The notes below the pieces were generated by a model. The model did no database searches, was not told the DNA's origin, and saw only the letters and a program-made list of their open reading frames with translations. From Treponema sp. (GTDB taxonomy: Bacteria > Spirochaetota > Spirochaetia > Treponematales > Breznakiellaceae), in assembly GCA_031254315.1 (NCBI GenBank), contig JAIRUQ010000122.1:7817-71816 (forward strand): a stretch of DNA of 64,000 bases. Direction: 5' to 3'. Positions 38,228 through 48,163 of the stretch are shown one piece after another. How positions within the stretch are numbered: the stretch's first letter is position 1; each line of letters begins with the position of its first letter. The translations under genes were made by a program, and so were the position numbers.

Positions 38228-39940
38228 GTGGGTTTAAAGATTCGCAATTACGCAATTATTATATTTTTTTCAATGCTTATTTTTTTCTCTTGCCCAACAA
38301 CGTCGGACTCAACGCGTACAAATGATGGTGGTGGGGGAACTCCCCGTTTAGCCGGAGAACAGAACGCCGGCAGTCTTGCCGAAGAAATACGCAATTTGAC
38401 AGAAACGGGAATTTTGTCATCCATGCTTGAAGCCATGGAGTTGATCCGTAGCAGGAATTTAAGCAATGTAGATTTTGGCAGGATGATGAGCGGGATTAAT
38501 GTTACATTGATAAAGCTGATCTACCCTGATTATCCGGCGAGATTGCCGAATATCGATATTCCGCGCACTTATAACTATAGCCGTATCATAAGAGAGGCTG
38601 AAAGGGGCAATTATATCCGTCCCCAGCCCAATTCTGTCGATTTTTTTGAACATGTTTTACCTTTTTTGGCTATAAATGAGCGAAGTCCGCCTGAAACACT
38701 GCAATCTGCCCTAGTTGATCTGGAAAAAGCCGCAGATTTGCGTCCTAATTCAATATTACCTCGTTATTTTCAAGGCGTTATACATGAAAGGGCGGGCAGA
38801 TTCAGCCAAGCAGAGGCTTCCTACGGACAGGCATATCAAATTTCCAATGAATGTTACCCCGCTCAAATAGGCATTGCGCGTGTAAAAAGGCTCTCAGGAG
38901 ACGCCGCCGCCGCAACCGCGATTTTTGCCGATCTTATTACCCGTTACCCGGACAGCATAGAAATCAAGCGCCAGTTGGCGATTACCCATTATGAAAATAA
39001 AGACTGGTCAAGGGCTTTGTCCGCTGTTGATGAAATTTTACGGGCTGACCCAAGAAACGGAGAATTCATTTTAATGAGGGCTGACATTTTAATTGAAATG
39101 GGGAATTTTTCTCAGGCAAACGCATCCCTTGACAATTATGCGTCAATAAATCCGAACAACAGATCGTATCTTTTTATGAGGGCAAGGGTACAGGCTGAAG
39201 GCAACCGTAACCGCGATTCCGCCTTGAACTATCTGCGTTCAATTTTACGCGCCAATGCCAATGACGTTGAAGCGCTTGTTTATGCCGCCAGCCTTCTCCT
39301 TGAGTCATCGCGTCCGGCGGATCAGATTGAAGGCAGGGAGATGCTGGTTAATCTTCGCCAACAGGCAGGTTCTTCCGTTGAAGTAATGGCTTTGGCTCTT
39401 AGGGATGCCATCCAGCGTGAAAGCTGGCTGGAAGCTCAGGGCTATTTGAACCGTATTCTTGCCGTCCGCAGGACTGTCGCTGACTTAACTGACGCCTACT
39501 ATGTAGAGCGCGGACTTGGAAACCACTCAAGGGCGCTTACATACGCCCGTGAGTTGTATGAGAGAAATACTTCCAGTAATGACTACACATTTATCTATAT
39601 TTCCGCATTAATTGACAATAACAGAAGGGACGAAGCAAACCGTCTTCTGGAAAACCGCCTAAATTCAGCCGCAGGCGGAGTCGTAAAAAGCCGCTATTTT
39701 TACCTGAGAAGCCGTTTACAGCCCAATACAGATGCCGCCTTAGGCGATTTACGCTCCAGCCTGTTTGAAGACCCAAGAAACCTTGACGCCCTTATAGCGA
39801 TGTTTGAAATTTACCACAACCGCAGAGAAGACCGCAGAGCCGTTTATTATCTAAGACAGGCGCTTGCAATTGCTCCCGACCATCCCCTTTTAAAGCGTTA
39901 TGAGGCGGAATATGCCTCGCTGTTGAGGGGGAGGGAATAG
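38228..39940 (+). CDS. Multi-TPR lipoprotein
   Basis: IFFS-C lipobox; many 34-aa A/L/Y/P TPR units. Confidence 0.85.
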   Translation: MGLKIRNYAIIIFFSMLIFFSCPTTSDSTRTNDGGGGTPRLAGEQNAGSLAEEIRNLTETGILSSMLEAMELIRSRNLSNVDFGRMMSGINVTLIKLIYPDYPARLPNIDIPRTYNYSRIIREAERGNYIRPQPNSVDFFEHVLPFLAINERSPPETLQSALVDLEKAADLRPNSILPRYFQGVIHERAGRFSQAEASYGQAYQISNECYPAQIGIARVKRLSGDAAAATAIFADLITRYPDSIEIKRQLAITHYENKDWSRALSAVDEILRADPRNGEFILMRADILIEMGNFSQANASLDNYASINPNNRSYLFMRARVQAEGNRNRDSALNYLRSILRANANDVEALVYAASLLLESSRPADQIEGREMLVNLRQQAGSSVEVMALALRDAIQRESWLEAQGYLNRILAVRRTVADLTDAYYVERGLGNHSRALTYARELYERNTSSNDYTFIYISALIDNNRRDEANRLLENRLNSAAGGVVKSRYFYLRSRLQPNTDAALGDLRSSLFEDPRNLDALIAMFEIYHNRREDRRAVYYLRQALAIAPDHPLLKRYEAEYASLLRGRE

Positions 39941-40058
39941 CGCATAAAAAAAGTTAAATTTTAGTAAAAACCCCTTGTGCAATTTTTATCAATTTTATAT
40001 TATCTAAGTTGAAATACTCGTATGAGTCATTTATTGTAATTTATTGAGGAGATTTATT

Positions 40059-41513
40059 ATGAAAAAATTATTATTTGTACTTCTTTCTGTCATGATTGTT
40101 GCCGGAGCATGGGCGCAGACGATGCCGATACCGGTATTCCCCGACCCAACCATAGACTTGGATCAAAATACATCCTTTGTAGAGTCTTTATTTGATGGAT
40201 TCGATGTTGTTTCCGCGGAATCTGTAGAATCCAGAACCAGCTGGGGAATATTCACCTCGATGGTAGACGATTATATCGGTGTCAATACTTATGATCCTGA
40301 AACAGGAACCTTTGTTTTCCTTGGCGGAGGCAATGGTCTCAGTAATACCACACATATCAGTTTTGGTATTGGGAAAACTTTGAGCTTTGGTTATCTTGGC
40401 ATTTATTACGGCGGTCATCTTGTAAGAGCAGAAGGTGTAGACACAGCAAACGATTATGATGCCTCTGATAATACATATAGCTCGTACCACAATGCGCAAT
40501 GGGATAACAATATTGCAGTGCTGTTCGGAACCTCAACAATAGGAGCTTTTCGCTTGGACCTTAACTTAAGCCAAAGTGATCGTAAATCTGATGATAATGG
40601 CGCTCTTACGCAAGCCATTGCCGATAACGATACAAACCCTTCAATAGCTCTTACATGGGGCGGCATTGAACTCGCAGGGCTTGCCCCCTATGCTACAATA
40701 GGCATCCTGCTCCCAACTACATATAGCGTTGGCTCAAGGGATATTGCTAACAATAAGAATTACTCTGTAGATGTAATCAGTGGCGGATTATTTGGTATAC
40801 AAGCAGGCGTTTCTCACGGTTCCGGTCTTTGGGGCGATTTAAGTTTGTTGTTTGCATCAGATACTACAGCTAAAGGAGAAACATGGGATGCTGGTACTGT
40901 AACAAAAACAGATATTGTGATTAGTCCCGGAGCGTTTGGCGCAGGTTTAAGGGGCGGTTATACACAAACCTTTGAAGTTGGCAAGTTAGCGTTTGGTTTT
41001 GAACCCCAGTTGCTTATTGGCTTTAGAAGCGAAAACCGGTCTTGGTCGGATAAAATAGCCGACACAAAAAGTGAAGCTAAAGAAAACCCTACCACTACTA
41101 ACTTTGAGCTTATGGCATTGGTAAACCTCGGCGCAAAATTCCAGATTAACGACAAATTTGCCCTGTATACCGGCACCGGGCTTAGAATTCTTGACTGGCA
41201 GGTCAGAAGCGTAGCAACTCCCGGAGGCATAGAATACAAAGATACTGCGACCGTAACCCAATGGTTCTTTGATGGTTTCAACTGGTTAGAAGGCAATCTT
41301 CGTTTTGGTTTAACTATAACGCCAATTGAAAATCTTGTAATTGGCTTTGACGCTACTCAGTTAGTTGGCAGGTTCTTTAACATCAATCCTGCGAATATGA
41401 CCGCAGGTACAGGATTTCAAAACACCGGCGCAAATAACCTTGGCGATTTTGCGACTTATTGGATAAGAGGACTTACTCTCAATCTCACTGTCAGCTATAG
41501 GTTTTCCAATTAA
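40059..41513 (+). CDS. Large beta-barrel surface/outer-sheath protein candidate
   Basis: AWA-Q signal, Gly/aromatic-rich alternating strands, ends LTVSYRFSN; GAGGAG RBS and own terminator. Confidence 0.7.
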   Translation: MKKLLFVLLSVMIVAGAWAQTMPIPVFPDPTIDLDQNTSFVESLFDGFDVVSAESVESRTSWGIFTSMVDDYIGVNTYDPETGTFVFLGGGNGLSNTTHISFGIGKTLSFGYLGIYYGGHLVRAEGVDTANDYDASDNTYSSYHNAQWDNNIAVLFGTSTIGAFRLDLNLSQSDRKSDDNGALTQAIADNDTNPSIALTWGGIELAGLAPYATIGILLPTTYSVGSRDIANNKNYSVDVISGGLFGIQAGVSHGSGLWGDLSLLFASDTTAKGETWDAGTVTKTDIVISPGAFGAGLRGGYTQTFEVGKLAFGFEPQLLIGFRSENRSWSDKIADTKSEAKENPTTTNFELMALVNLGAKFQINDKFALYTGTGLRILDWQVRSVATPGGIEYKDTATVTQWFFDGFNWLEGNLRFGLTITPIENLVIGFDATQLVGRFFNINPANMTAGTGFQNTGANNLGDFATYWIRGLTLNLTVSYRFSN

Positions 41514-41536
41514 CCAAGCAATTTCATTGTAATTAC

Positions 41537-41569
41537 AAAGCCCTGCGGTTTTCCGTGGGGCTTTTTTTT
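41537..41569 (+). terminator. Intrinsic terminator
   Basis: AAAGCCCTGCGG-TTTT-CCGTGGGGCTTT followed by a T-run. Confidence 0.85.
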
Positions 41570-41572
41570 ATC

Positions 41573-41655
41573 AATTAGCAATGAATGATTAGAGAGCAAA
41601 GCGCGAACACGAGTGGGAATAGCATTTTCTTTTCTGCTCATTGCTCATTAGCAAT
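41573..41655. repeat. AATGAGC/GCTCATT heptamer-type imperfect inverted repeat
   Basis: AATTAGCAATGAATG...CTGCTCATTGCTCATTAGC; related tracts at 34780-34799 and 59606-59731. Confidence 0.55.
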
Positions 41656-41672
41656 CTCGCCGCGCGTTGTTA

Positions 41673-41879
41673 CTATATCGTTCCCTCATTGGATAATTGT
41701 TCAATAACTTCCCTATCCAATCCGGTAATTTCCTGAACAGTTTCGGTAGAAATTCCTTTTGCCAAAGCATTACGGGCGGTGGTTATTAGTCTTTCAAAAC
41801 CTTCTTCACGACCTTCTTCGCGACCTTCTTCGCGGGCATAGGCTATTGCGTCTTCTGTGTTCCATTCCAGTGTTAGCAT
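41673..41879 (-). CDS. Putative intragenic RpnS-type small protein (68 aa) from an internal start
   Basis: GGAGGT (41892-41887) 7 nt before an in-frame ATG at 41879. Confidence 0.6.
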   Translation of the reverse strand: MLTLEWNTEDAIAYAREEGREEGREEGFERLITTARNALAKGISTETVQEITGLDREVIEQLSNEGTI

Positions 41880-42554
41880 ATTAAGTACCTCCGATCCATG
41901 AGTCTCTAGAAACTTCTCTAGTATATCATGTTTTTGACAATATTTCACAGCCTTTTTTACTGCTTCTTTCAAATTTTCTGCTTTATCACCAAATTCGCGT
42001 ACTTTGGCTATAAATGCGCTGTATTCTGCCAGCTTCTTACAGCGATCTGCAATGTCCCTGTTTCTGCCTTCATTGATGTTTATCACTCTTACTTCAAGTT
42101 CAAGCAAGGGGCTGGCTTTTTCGGGAAGCCCTATGTCCTGTGGTTTTTCATAAAGATCGGATAACTTCAAAATCTGCTCATCAGGGAAAGGGTATGTCCC
42201 GTTGTATAGCACATAGAATTCAGGATATGGGATTGATATTTCTTTCTTTGAATACAGAGCGTTACCCTTAACCATTTTTTCTATTACCCGTGTGAAGTAA
42301 ATTAAAAGACGGACTGCCATGTTGGGATTAATGGTACTCTGGTGTTCTATGAGTACCACAAGTTTTCCCGCTATCTCGAAAGAGATGTCGTTGTTAAAAT
42401 CCATAAACAGTACGTTTTCGAGTGTGTTAATGTAAACCGGAACGTCCGGGGACAGGGAAACGCCCTCCAGAGCGCAGTACAACTCCCGAAGCAAGTCGGG
42501 GTCGTGGAACAGCATAGTAAAAACGCTGTTTTTAAATTTGTTATTAACGTACAT
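41673..42554 (-). CDS. Rpn family PD-(D/E)XK nuclease (recombination-promoting nuclease/putative transposase)
   Basis: NDISF...LIEHQST.NPNMA.RLL.Y, PEFYVLYNG, C-terminal REEG repeats and ITGL helix; GGAGG RBS. Confidence 0.9.
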   Translation of the reverse strand: MYVNNKFKNSVFTMLFHDPDLLRELYCALEGVSLSPDVPVYINTLENVLFMDFNNDISFEIAGKLVVLIEHQSTINPNMAVRLLIYFTRVIEKMVKGNALYSKKEISIPYPEFYVLYNGTYPFPDEQILKLSDLYEKPQDIGLPEKASPLLELEVRVININEGRNRDIADRCKKLAEYSAFIAKVREFGDKAENLKEAVKKAVKYCQKHDILEKFLETHGSEVLNMLTLEWNTEDAIAYAREEGREEGREEGFERLITTARNALAKGISTETVQEITGLDREVIEQLSNEGTI

Positions 42555-42624
42555 ATTTCCTCCGCTTATATATGGCGCAGAAGTGGGGTTTTGCTTGCTC
42601 GAAAACGAAAAAAATTAAGAAAAA

Positions 42625-42936
42625 ATCAACGAATTGAACGAATTAAGACGAATGTTTTATAGGGGGAAGGGTGTTGTTAATTATAAAAGCATACACCCAA
42701 GGGGCAAAGGTTGCTAACAACAAACTTATTCCACATTTTTTATTCGAAAGTCTGGTTTAATACCCCGGAGCTCTGCTCCGGTTGAAATAAATCAAAACAT
42801 TTGAAGGGTTGGTATTAAACCAGACGGTATAATAAATTTCCTCTCGAACGAGCCTCCGCTTGATATAACTCAACGTTTTAGATACCGCAGAGCTCTGCTC
42901 TGCGGAGGCTCATCTTCATTCGCTCAATTCGTTGAT
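42625..42936. repeat. Nested palindromic element
   Basis: 24-bp outer IR (2 mismatches), perfect 15-bp IR 42750-42764/42811-42825, two GAGC-TCT-GCTC hairpins. Confidence 0.8.
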
Positions 42937-42994
42937 CCTCTTAGGTGTACCAGTTGCTTTTTTACGGTTTTTTATCTATAGTTTAGGGTAATAT

Positions 42995-44872
42995 ATGAAC
43001 AAACAGAATAAAAACAGGCTTAGTGACAAAATAATCAAGTTTTCAATCGGAGCCAAGCTGGTAACGATAATCACTATACTTGTCCTTATTTCACTTGGAG
43101 CAATAACGTTCCTTGTTTCATATATGGTCAGCCAAGATTTGGAAGTTTCCGCCTACAAGAACAATATCGAAATTAACCAGCGTTTTGTCTCGGAAGCGGA
43201 AAATACAATCGAAAATATACGCTCAAATTCTAAGGTGCTTGTTCAGATAATCAATACTCCGGCGGCGACATCTGAGCTTTTAGAACAGGCGGTTGGCTTC
43301 TACTTTGAACAAAACAGCCAAGTAGCGGCGATTTTTTTCCCGTCCGGCGGAAGAGAGATTTTTCGCGTTAACAATAATTTTTTTCGGGAGAAAGATTTGG
43401 ATGTTTCTCTTGTAAACTCTTACTACCGTGAAAATAATTCCTATTATCAAAGAGCCATCCGAGGTGAATCAATAATTCAAAACGTTTCATATTACTTTTC
43501 CACGCATTTACTCGCGCTATTCTTTCCGGTGCAGGGAGGAAAAGCGATTTCAGTTTTATTTTCTCCGGAAAACCTTGACAATAACTTTAGCTCAAGGCTT
43601 AACGAGTCATGTCTTATCAACAATGACGGCGATATTTTAATTCACCCGCAATTTGAACATGTCATGGGACGTGCTAATATCTCTAACCGGGAGTATGTCA
43701 AACAGATACGAAAGAATTCCCTGCCCGGCACTAATATGCAAAAACTATTCGAGGATGAAGGGGTTAAGTATTTTATCGCTTATACCAAATTAAAAGACGG
43801 AAGTACAATAGCAATTACAATGATCGAATACAAAAAAATCTTTCAGGGCATTGAAGCTACAACGCGCCGTAACATATATTTGACAGTAGCGGTTGTATTC
43901 CTTTCAATTTTATTCATCTGGTTCTTCTCTAAAACTATTTCTACAGCGTTAAAAGCGCTTTCTAACGCCGCGCGAAAAATCGAAGGCGGTAATTTTGAAA
44001 TTGAACTGACTCCAAAAAGCCATGATGAAATCGGCTACCTTACAACCAGCTTCCAGCGGATGAGCAAGGCTTTAAGTATTTTTGGACGATTTACAAACCG
44101 CGAAATAGCAATTAAAGCTATGCGCGGCGAAATTAAGCCGGGCGGACTGCCAAAACACGCGACTATTTTTTTCTCGGACATACGCGGCTTTACGGAAAAA
44201 TCCGAAGTCTTTACAAATGAATTTGGTAAGGAAGCGTCGGACAAGATCGTTTTCTGGCTGAATAATTATTTTACCAAAATGGTAAACTGTGTTGAAAAAA
44301 CAAACGGCGTTGTGGACAAATATATCGGCGATGCCGTTATGGCGCATTGGGGAACCGCTTACAGCGCGGGAAGCCCCGCGAAAGACGCATTTAACGGCGT
44401 TAAAGCGGCTTTAATGATGCGCAAAGAAATTGTCGCGCTGAACAGGAGACGCCGTCCGCATGATCCGGGAGACCCGCCTATAATTATCGGTTGCGGCTTA
44501 AATTCAGGCATTGTTACGGCAGGGCAGATTGGCTCTGACATTCGCATGGAATATACGGTCATAGGCGATCCTGTAAATCTCGCATCCAGAATAGAAGCGT
44601 TAAACAAACCTTTGGGGACGGATATTCTTATCTCAGAAAGTACATGGAACCTTGTAAAATATTTCTTTATAACCGAAGAAATGCCGCCCGTATCTGTAAA
44701 GGGAAAGGAAAAACCTGTCCGCATATTCGCCGTTGTAAATCATGTTTCTGTCACTTCGGGACCCAGAACTCTCGCTCAAGTACGAGAATTGCTTGGTATT
44801 AAACCGCCAGATTTGTCAAAAGTAAATGTTAACGCTGATGAAAAGAAATACAAGATTGGCGCAAGTGAGTAA
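42995..44872 (+). CDS. Cache/HAMP class III adenylate cyclase
   Basis: Two TMs, periplasmic LINNDGDILIHP (Cache-like), HAMP HDEIG.L...F, FFSDIRGFT, VDKYIGDAVMAHWG, YTVIGDPVNLASR. Confidence 0.92.
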   Translation: MNKQNKNRLSDKIIKFSIGAKLVTIITILVLISLGAITFLVSYMVSQDLEVSAYKNNIEINQRFVSEAENTIENIRSNSKVLVQIINTPAATSELLEQAVGFYFEQNSQVAAIFFPSGGREIFRVNNNFFREKDLDVSLVNSYYRENNSYYQRAIRGESIIQNVSYYFSTHLLALFFPVQGGKAISVLFSPENLDNNFSSRLNESCLINNDGDILIHPQFEHVMGRANISNREYVKQIRKNSLPGTNMQKLFEDEGVKYFIAYTKLKDGSTIAITMIEYKKIFQGIEATTRRNIYLTVAVVFLSILFIWFFSKTISTALKALSNAARKIEGGNFEIELTPKSHDEIGYLTTSFQRMSKALSIFGRFTNREIAIKAMRGEIKPGGLPKHATIFFSDIRGFTEKSEVFTNEFGKEASDKIVFWLNNYFTKMVNCVEKTNGVVDKYIGDAVMAHWGTAYSAGSPAKDAFNGVKAALMMRKEIVALNRRRRPHDPGDPPIIIGCGLNSGIVTAGQIGSDIRMEYTVIGDPVNLASRIEALNKPLGTDILISESTWNLVKYFFITEEMPPVSVKGKEKPVRIFAVVNHVSVTSGPRTLAQVRELLGIKPPDLSKVNVNADEKKYKIGASE

Positions 44873-44874
44873 TA

Positions 44875-46656
44875 ATGAGTGTAACTGAAACAGAACAAGA
44901 AATAGCGGAACAATCAGCGGATAGCAAAGGTAAAAAAACAGCCCGTGATTATTTTGTCATTGTTCTTTGTATTCTTGGAGTTTGTGCAAGTCTTTTTATG
45001 TTTCAGCGTGATATGTTCAGAACTTTTCGTTCTTCATCACCCACAGCCGGCATTGTAACGGCTAAACAAAATACCGTTATGCGCCTTTTAAGCGACATAA
45101 TGGTCTGGGACAGGCTTTATACGCAAGCGCCTGTTTATAACGGAGATTTAGTCTACATAGCGCGTCTTTCAGGTGCGACGCTTAAATTAGGCAGTGATGG
45201 AACTGACGGAATTGAGTTAGGCGAATATACAATGATTCGCATTCATAGCAGTTCGCGGGTAGATTTAATTTCAGGTTCTGCGAATATATCTGTCCGCTCA
45301 AACAGAGGTTTCCAGTTGGCAATTGGGGACAATGTTATAGAAGCCTCATCAGGAACAGTGTTAAACGCTTCTTCCGACGATGGCTTTACCCTGCGCGTAA
45401 GAGCAGGAGATGCGCGTGTTATCCGTGACGGACAGGTTCAGACAGCGCCGGCAGGTTCTATAATTATTCTAAACACGCAGGGAGATAGCGGCTCTTATCT
45501 GCCTGAGGCAAGACCCGGCGACTTTTTGCCCGCTTTAGATTTAAGACTGCCAACAAGTGAAGGATTTGTTGTTATAGGCGATGACAGTGAGGATCATTAT
45601 TTTACATGGGTTCATTCTTTATCTGCTGAATATTATTTGTTTCAAATCTCCGCCAATAGAGATTTAAGTAACCCTATTATAAGCGAAAAATTACGCGAAA
45701 ATTATTATGTATATAGAAAAGGCGAAACCGCTCTTTCTCCCGGTCGCTATTATTGGAGCGTTTTATATGTTGACGCGGCAGGGAACACGTCCCCTCCCTC
45801 AGAGATGAGGACTTTCACCGCTACTACCGATAAAAATCAACAGCATACCGAAAATAGCGGTCTTACTTTTACGGAAGTAACAGAACCTGTACAAACAGCG
45901 GTAGTTGAAAATGCTCTCTCTGAAACTGTTTCGCCCGCTCCTGTAGAGCGTCAACAACAAACGTCTTCGCGCCTGACATTACAGGCTCCCGCGAACAACG
46001 CGGCAATTGCCGGGCTTACCGCTCTTAGACAGCCTACTACTTTCCGCTGGAGCACTGATGAAGATTTAACATCTTCAAGGTTTGTTCTTTCACGGCGCAA
46101 TAACCCCACTGTTGGGCGCGCGGAAATAGAGATAACCAACCCCGGACGCACTCTTACCGTTCCAAGAATTGGAGAAGGCGTTTGGTACTGGACAGTTGAA
46201 GGGCGCACACGCGACGGCAGGACAGTAACAAGTGCGCCAAGACAATTGAGAGTGCAGACAATTCCGCTATTGCCTGCGCCCAGAAACAGACTGCCCGCCT
46301 CAGGGTATCAAATCGGCGCGGATGAGTTTAGGCAGAACAGAGCGATAGTTTTTAGCTGGGCGCAGGTGTCCGGGGCTAACTCTTACATTCTAACAATTAT
46401 GAAGGACGCGATACCAAGAAAAATACAGATTTTCCAGACAGACCCTATTCGTGGGCTTAGCTATACTCTTGAAAATTACAGTATGTTTGACGACAGCGGA
46501 TCATACTCATGGCGCGTAGAAGCGGTATTCTACAACAGCAACAGCGGAGTTATAGAACAGCGCGGCAATCAGGGAGAAAATAATTTCTCGCTTGACGTTC
46601 CGCTTCCTTCACGCGTACATCCAAGAAGTACCGGAGTTTTATATGGCACACAATAA
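44875..46656 (+). CDS. Single-pass FecR-like protein with three FN3/Ig-like domains
   Basis: TM then W..L....VY.GD.....LS.ATL...IELGE.T.IRI....VDL.SG (FecR-like); three F.W...G.Y.W.V repeats. Confidence 0.75.
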   Translation: MSVTETEQEIAEQSADSKGKKTARDYFVIVLCILGVCASLFMFQRDMFRTFRSSSPTAGIVTAKQNTVMRLLSDIMVWDRLYTQAPVYNGDLVYIARLSGATLKLGSDGTDGIELGEYTMIRIHSSSRVDLISGSANISVRSNRGFQLAIGDNVIEASSGTVLNASSDDGFTLRVRAGDARVIRDGQVQTAPAGSIIILNTQGDSGSYLPEARPGDFLPALDLRLPTSEGFVVIGDDSEDHYFTWVHSLSAEYYLFQISANRDLSNPIISEKLRENYYVYRKGETALSPGRYYWSVLYVDAAGNTSPPSEMRTFTATTDKNQQHTENSGLTFTEVTEPVQTAVVENALSETVSPAPVERQQQTSSRLTLQAPANNAAIAGLTALRQPTTFRWSTDEDLTSSRFVLSRRNNPTVGRAEIEITNPGRTLTVPRIGEGVWYWTVEGRTRDGRTVTSAPRQLRVQTIPLLPAPRNRLPASGYQIGADEFRQNRAIVFSWAQVSGANSYILTIMKDAIPRKIQIFQTDPIRGLSYTLENYSMFDDSGSYSWRVEAVFYNSNSGVIEQRGNQGENNFSLDVPLPSRVHPRSTGVLYGTQ

Positions 46657-47806
46657 ATTATTTTTCCGTATTTTTTTAATTCTCTTTTTATTGGCAGGCT
46701 CTTTTTTGTACGCGCAGGAAGCCGGATATTTTATTGATAACAGTAGTGGGAGTCCGCGTATTATTCAACGCATAGTCTGGGACAATGATGAATATGCTTC
46801 CGGTTTTGAAGCGGAGATTCAAATTTTCCGTAATGGTTCATTTGTTGATTACCGTATTATAACAACGCGCCAATCTTATATCGAAGACTCTCTTCCTCCG
46901 GGAAGGTATCGTTTAAGCGTAACACCTTTCGATTTATTTGGACGGAGAAGAGAATCTTCAAGTTGGATGGAGTTTCTAATCATTCCCGCTTTTCAGCCGG
47001 AAATAACAGGAATTACACCGGATCATTTTTTCCTTGATCAAAGACTTGAAAGAACATTGTTTATCACAGGAAATAATATTTTTGACAATTCCACAATTTA
47101 TCTGACAAACGAGGAAAATCAATTAACCCCTATTCGAGTGGAAATTATAGATAGTTCAAGAGCAAAACTTGTCTTTGACGATGAAACTTTAATTCCCGGA
47201 AACTATGATATTTATATTGAAAACCCCGGCGGATTGAATGTTTCTTATAGCGAATTTCTTGTCGTCTACCGTAAGCCGATGGATGTTTTTGTAAAAATAC
47301 TGTACACCCCGATAATTCCAATTTATGGAGAGATGAGAGATTTTTTTGGCTCATCAATATATTTTACAGGGTTGGGTTTTAGCGTCGAAGCGGTTTCTTC
47401 CAAACGCAGTACGTTTAACGGAGGTTTTGAACTTTCTGGGACTTTTTATTTAATGGACCCAGCCTATTCTATAAGTCCCGTTTTCAACGATAATTCAAAT
47501 GCTTTTATTGGGGCGGGAAACGGAGTACTTTTTTCCAATATTGATTTAAATATATCTCTGCAAAAAAGATTTAATAAAAGGCGTACTATGGTTACGTTCC
47601 GTTTTGGCGTCGGCGTATCTTTTATGAACGGTTATGGAGACTCTGAGAACAATGATGGTAGCGCTCGTATGAATCTTGGTCTTAGCGGAATGTTCTTGAT
47701 ACATAAAAATTTCTTGTTAGAAGCAGGCGTTGATTTTTCTCATTATTTCGGTTCTATTAATTCAGGTTTACTAAGACCGCGGTTTGGTTTATGTTGGGTA
47801 TTCTAG
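46643..47806 (+). CDS. Outer-membrane protein: FN3-like + IPT/TIG-like domains + C-terminal beta-barrel
   Basis: GGAG then ATG 46643; LYA-Q signal; LPPGRYR..V..FD..G; PEITGITP...ITG.N...PG.YDI...NPGG; about 8 amphipathic strands ending in Phe. Confidence 0.75.
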   Translation: MAHNKLFFRIFLILFLLAGSFLYAQEAGYFIDNSSGSPRIIQRIVWDNDEYASGFEAEIQIFRNGSFVDYRIITTRQSYIEDSLPPGRYRLSVTPFDLFGRRRESSSWMEFLIIPAFQPEITGITPDHFFLDQRLERTLFITGNNIFDNSTIYLTNEENQLTPIRVEIIDSSRAKLVFDDETLIPGNYDIYIENPGGLNVSYSEFLVVYRKPMDVFVKILYTPIIPIYGEMRDFFGSSIYFTGLGFSVEAVSSKRSTFNGGFELSGTFYLMDPAYSISPVFNDNSNAFIGAGNGVLFSNIDLNISLQKRFNKRRTMVTFRFGVGVSFMNGYGDSENNDGSARMNLGLSGMFLIHKNFLLEAGVDFSHYFGSINSGLLRPRFGLCWVF

Positions 47807-47814
47807 GAGGGAAT

Positions 47815-48105
47815 ATGCTTTCACGAGGAGAATTTGTTTTTACAATTGGTTATGACGGACCGTCTGCGGTGGTAGACGGACACGCGAAAAGGCTCTATTC
47901 ATCGCTTTCTACAAAGGAATTGGCGGAAAAGGGGCTTTTTAGGGCGGCTTATGCCTCCGCAATCTGGTCAAAAGACCCAAAAGATATGCAAACAGTGGTA
48001 GAAGTCTACAATAAAATGACCGGCGGCTCCGTTCAGGACTCATCGTCCTTTCAACGGCTTTTTGGCGTTTTTACCGTAGAAGTAAACCGTGCGATTGTGC
48101 TCTAG
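47815..48105 (+). CDS. Small hypothetical protein
   Basis: AGGAGG RBS before ATG 47815; 96 aa. Confidence 0.7.
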   Translation: MLSRGEFVFTIGYDGPSAVVDGHAKRLYSSLSTKELAEKGLFRAAYASAIWSKDPKDMQTVVEVYNKMTGGSVQDSSSFQRLFGVFTVEVNRAIVL

Positions 48106-48163
48106 TACTATTGAATAAAAATCGTTTTTTATGATAAAGTGCTTATAAATTCAATGTTTAAGG

